From assembly GCA_028691965.1 (NCBI GenBank), contig JAQUYE010000003.1:6713-70712 (forward strand): a stretch of 64,000 nucleotides of DNA. The letters are read 5' to 3'. Both the position numbers and the translations under genes were made by a program. This stretch comes from Paludibacter sp. GTDB lineage: Bacteria > Bacteroidota > Bacteroidia > Bacteroidales > Paludibacteraceae. Below the pieces are notes generated by a model, which ran no database searches, was not told where the DNA came from, and saw nothing but the letters and a program-made list of their open reading frames with translations. Below, in pieces: positions 61,968 through 64,000 of this stretch. How positions within the stretch are numbered: position 1 is the stretch's first letter; each line of letters begins with the position of its first letter.

Positions 61968-63287
61968 ATGCACTTTCTACACCTACTTTCAATTTCAGCC
62001 GTCAGTTTTAATCCCTTTACAGTAAGTGATGCCTTTTCGCTCCTGCTCACCGTGGTCTTATTGATCCTTTCGGGACTGATCTCTGCATCCGAAGTTGCAT
62101 TTTTCTCCTTTTCACCGGCAACTATCGAAGGAATGGAAAACAGCGGTGACATAAAAGATAAAAAAGTCCTATCCCTGATGGAGACCCCGCAACGACTACT
62201 GGCGGCTATCCTTATCGGCAATAACCTTGTTAATGTTTCCATCATTCTTATTCTTACACTGGTAACCAATCGCCTGATTGATTTCAGCGAGGCACCTGTG
62301 TTTGGATTTGTATTTCAGACTGTTATCATTACCTTTCTATTATTGCTGTTTGGCGAAATACTGCCAAAAATCTACGCCTCCCGCGAGAGTCGTAAGCTGG
62401 CCCGCTTTACCGCACAGGGTATGGCATCCATGGAAGTGCTCTTTTCACCCCTCATTAAGGTGTTAATTCGCTCCACAACCCTTGTGAACCGTAAACTCTC
62501 CAAACTAAACAAAGCCAATATCTCCATCGACGAACTCTCACAGGCCCTCGAACTTACCTCCGACGAGAGCAACGAAGATACCGATATATTAGAAGGGATC
62601 ATCAAATTTGGAAACATTCAGGTGGTCGACATCATGACTTCCAGAGTCGATATTGTGGACATTAATATTAAAACTTCTTTTAAGTTAGTTATTGAGCAGA
62701 TTATCCGGTCGGGATATTCACGAATGCCCGTTTATTCGGATACCCGCGACAATATTAAAGGAATCCTTTATAGTAAGGACTTACTGCCCCATCTCGACAA
62801 ACCCGACAACTTCAGGTGGCAAAGTCTGATACGCCAGGCACTCTATGTCCCTGAAACGAAGAAGATTGACGATTTGCTGAAAGAATTCCAGAAAAACAGG
62901 GTTCACCTGGCCGTGGTTGTCGACGAATACGGCGGCACCTCAGGACTAGTGACCCTCGAAGACATTATCGAAGAAATCGTGGGAGACATCAACGACGAAT
63001 ACGATGAGGAACTTAAATTGTATACCCGCCTTGATAGCCATACCTTTATTTTCGAAGCTAAGATTCAGTTGAACGACTTCTTCAAGATAGTTGAAATCGA
63101 AGAAGAGAATTTCCATGGGGTTGCTGAAGAGGTAGAAACCCTGGCCGGACTTATTCTCGAGATTACCGGCGAAATACCACAGAAAGGTCAACGTATCAAC
63201 TACAACAATTATGTGTTTGAGATTCTGGCTGTTGACAATCGAAGAATCAAAAAAGTAAAACTCTACATCAAACATACTGAAGAATAA
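61968..63287 (+). CDS. gldE: GldE / CNNM-CBS-CorC hemolysin-family protein
   Basis: SASEVAFFS, ILIGNNLVN, FGEILPK, YSRMPVY, VVDEYGGTSGLVTLEDIIEEIVG. Confidence 0.85.
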   Translation: MHFLHLLSISAVSFNPFTVSDAFSLLLTVVLLILSGLISASEVAFFSFSPATIEGMENSGDIKDKKVLSLMETPQRLLAAILIGNNLVNVSIILILTLVTNRLIDFSEAPVFGFVFQTVIITFLLLLFGEILPKIYASRESRKLARFTAQGMASMEVLFSPLIKVLIRSTTLVNRKLSKLNKANISIDELSQALELTSDESNEDTDILEGIIKFGNIQVVDIMTSRVDIVDINIKTSFKLVIEQIIRSGYSRMPVYSDTRDNIKGILYSKDLLPHLDKPDNFRWQSLIRQALYVPETKKIDDLLKEFQKNRVHLAVVVDEYGGTSGLVTLEDIIEEIVGDINDEYDEELKLYTRLDSHTFIFEAKIQLNDFFKIVEIEEENFHGVAEEVETLAGLILEITGEIPQKGQRINYNNYVFEILAVDNRRIKKVKLYIKHTEE

Positions 63288-63308
63288 TTTTAACTCCTTT
63301 TTTTTGGT

Positions 63309-63929
63309 ATGGAAACAGTCCTCTTACGTAAAGCCAATTGCAGGATCCTTATTGCCGAAATACCGGAAAACTGGGACCAGTTAATCCCTCAATTGGCGAA
63401 TTTTAACGACTACGCCGACGAATTTAAGCAAATAAATGCAGTTAAACGTAAAAATGAGTTTATTTCTGTGCGAATTTTAATGAACATCTTATTACGTACA
63501 ACTGTTAGAATTAAGTATGATAGCGATCATAAACCTTATCTGAGTCAACACGAACCCACAACTTCAATAAGTGTGTCACACAGTGGCAATTTCTACGCTG
63601 TTGCAGCATCATTGAAAGGTGTTGTGGGAATTGACATAGAAGCGAGAACCAACAGGGTGGTAAAAGTGCGAAAGCGGTACCTCGACGAAGAGGAGCTCAC
63701 CTTCTTATATCCGAACGAGAGCACCGGCGGACTGGAAATAGCCTGGTCGGCCAAAGAGGCGCTGTTTAAGTGTATAGGTAAAGATGCCTACAACTTTCAC
63801 ACCATGAAGATACAGCCTTTTAAACAGGGTAAAGAAGGGATGTTGACAGCCCTGTTTACGCCAACCGGTAAAGAATACACCTTACACTTCCATCAAACGG
63901 ATACCTATACGCTTGTGTACAGTATCTGA
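63309..63929 (+). CDS. 4'-phosphopantetheinyl transferase (Sfp-type)
   Basis: KPYL, SVSHS, VGIDIE, WSAKEALFK. Confidence 0.9.
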   Translation: METVLLRKANCRILIAEIPENWDQLIPQLANFNDYADEFKQINAVKRKNEFISVRILMNILLRTTVRIKYDSDHKPYLSQHEPTTSISVSHSGNFYAVAASLKGVVGIDIEARTNRVVKVRKRYLDEEELTFLYPNESTGGLEIAWSAKEALFKCIGKDAYNFHTMKIQPFKQGKEGMLTALFTPTGKEYTLHFHQTDTYTLVYSI

Positions 63930-63956
63930 TACAACGCCAGAAAAATACCTTTTTAT

Positions 63957-64000
63957 ATGAAACATACCATTTACAGAAAGATCCTGTTAAACCGTGAAGC
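63957..64000 (+). CDS. Start of the next gene, truncated by the window edge
   Basis: ATG at 63957 opens MKHTIYRKILLNRE... with no stop before the end of the window. Confidence 0.4.
   Translation, partial: MKHTIYRKILLNRE

Overview
Chromosomal 64 kb from an anaerobic Bacteroidales-type organism, judged from TAnnTTTG -7 promoters, T9SS parts (porT, CTD proteins), gldE and the panC/GT5-fragment/DUF4270 arrangement. From left to right: an MBOAT/SGNH-like O-acylation pair, M28 peptidase, MscS, DUF4332 and a Gdx/SugE-type exporter; an AT-rich block (about 6-26.5 kb) with a five-gene phosphorelay lacking any DNA-binding regulator, fused to an exopolysaccharide operon (pseudo-receiver priming transferase, TolC-like, Wzc-like, Wzy/ligase-like, GT4, PRT, GT2, UDP-xylose synthase) and a T9SS C10 protease split by one in-frame TAG; glycogen genes, tgt-hisH-panDC and rpsA; an eight-gene minus-strand operon (39.3-47.5 kb); then pyrG, yidC, an EEP nuclease, lutA, a T9SS CotH protein, porT, rhaB, an unannotated 55-aa ferredoxin, a USP, gldE and sfp. 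The eight-gene operon is the most interesting system: a cytoplasmic GH31 alpha-xylosidase, RhaT transporter and rhamnose/fucose mutarotase are co-transcribed with a corrinoid protein, three URO-D-fold methyltransferases and a MetH-type reactivation domain. I infer a B12-dependent O-demethylation pathway for methylated sugars such as 2-O-methyl-xylose and 2-O-methyl-fucose of rhamnogalacturonan II. No rRNA, tRNA, CRISPR array, integrase or transposase was seen. All calls come from reading motifs by eye; no searches were run.
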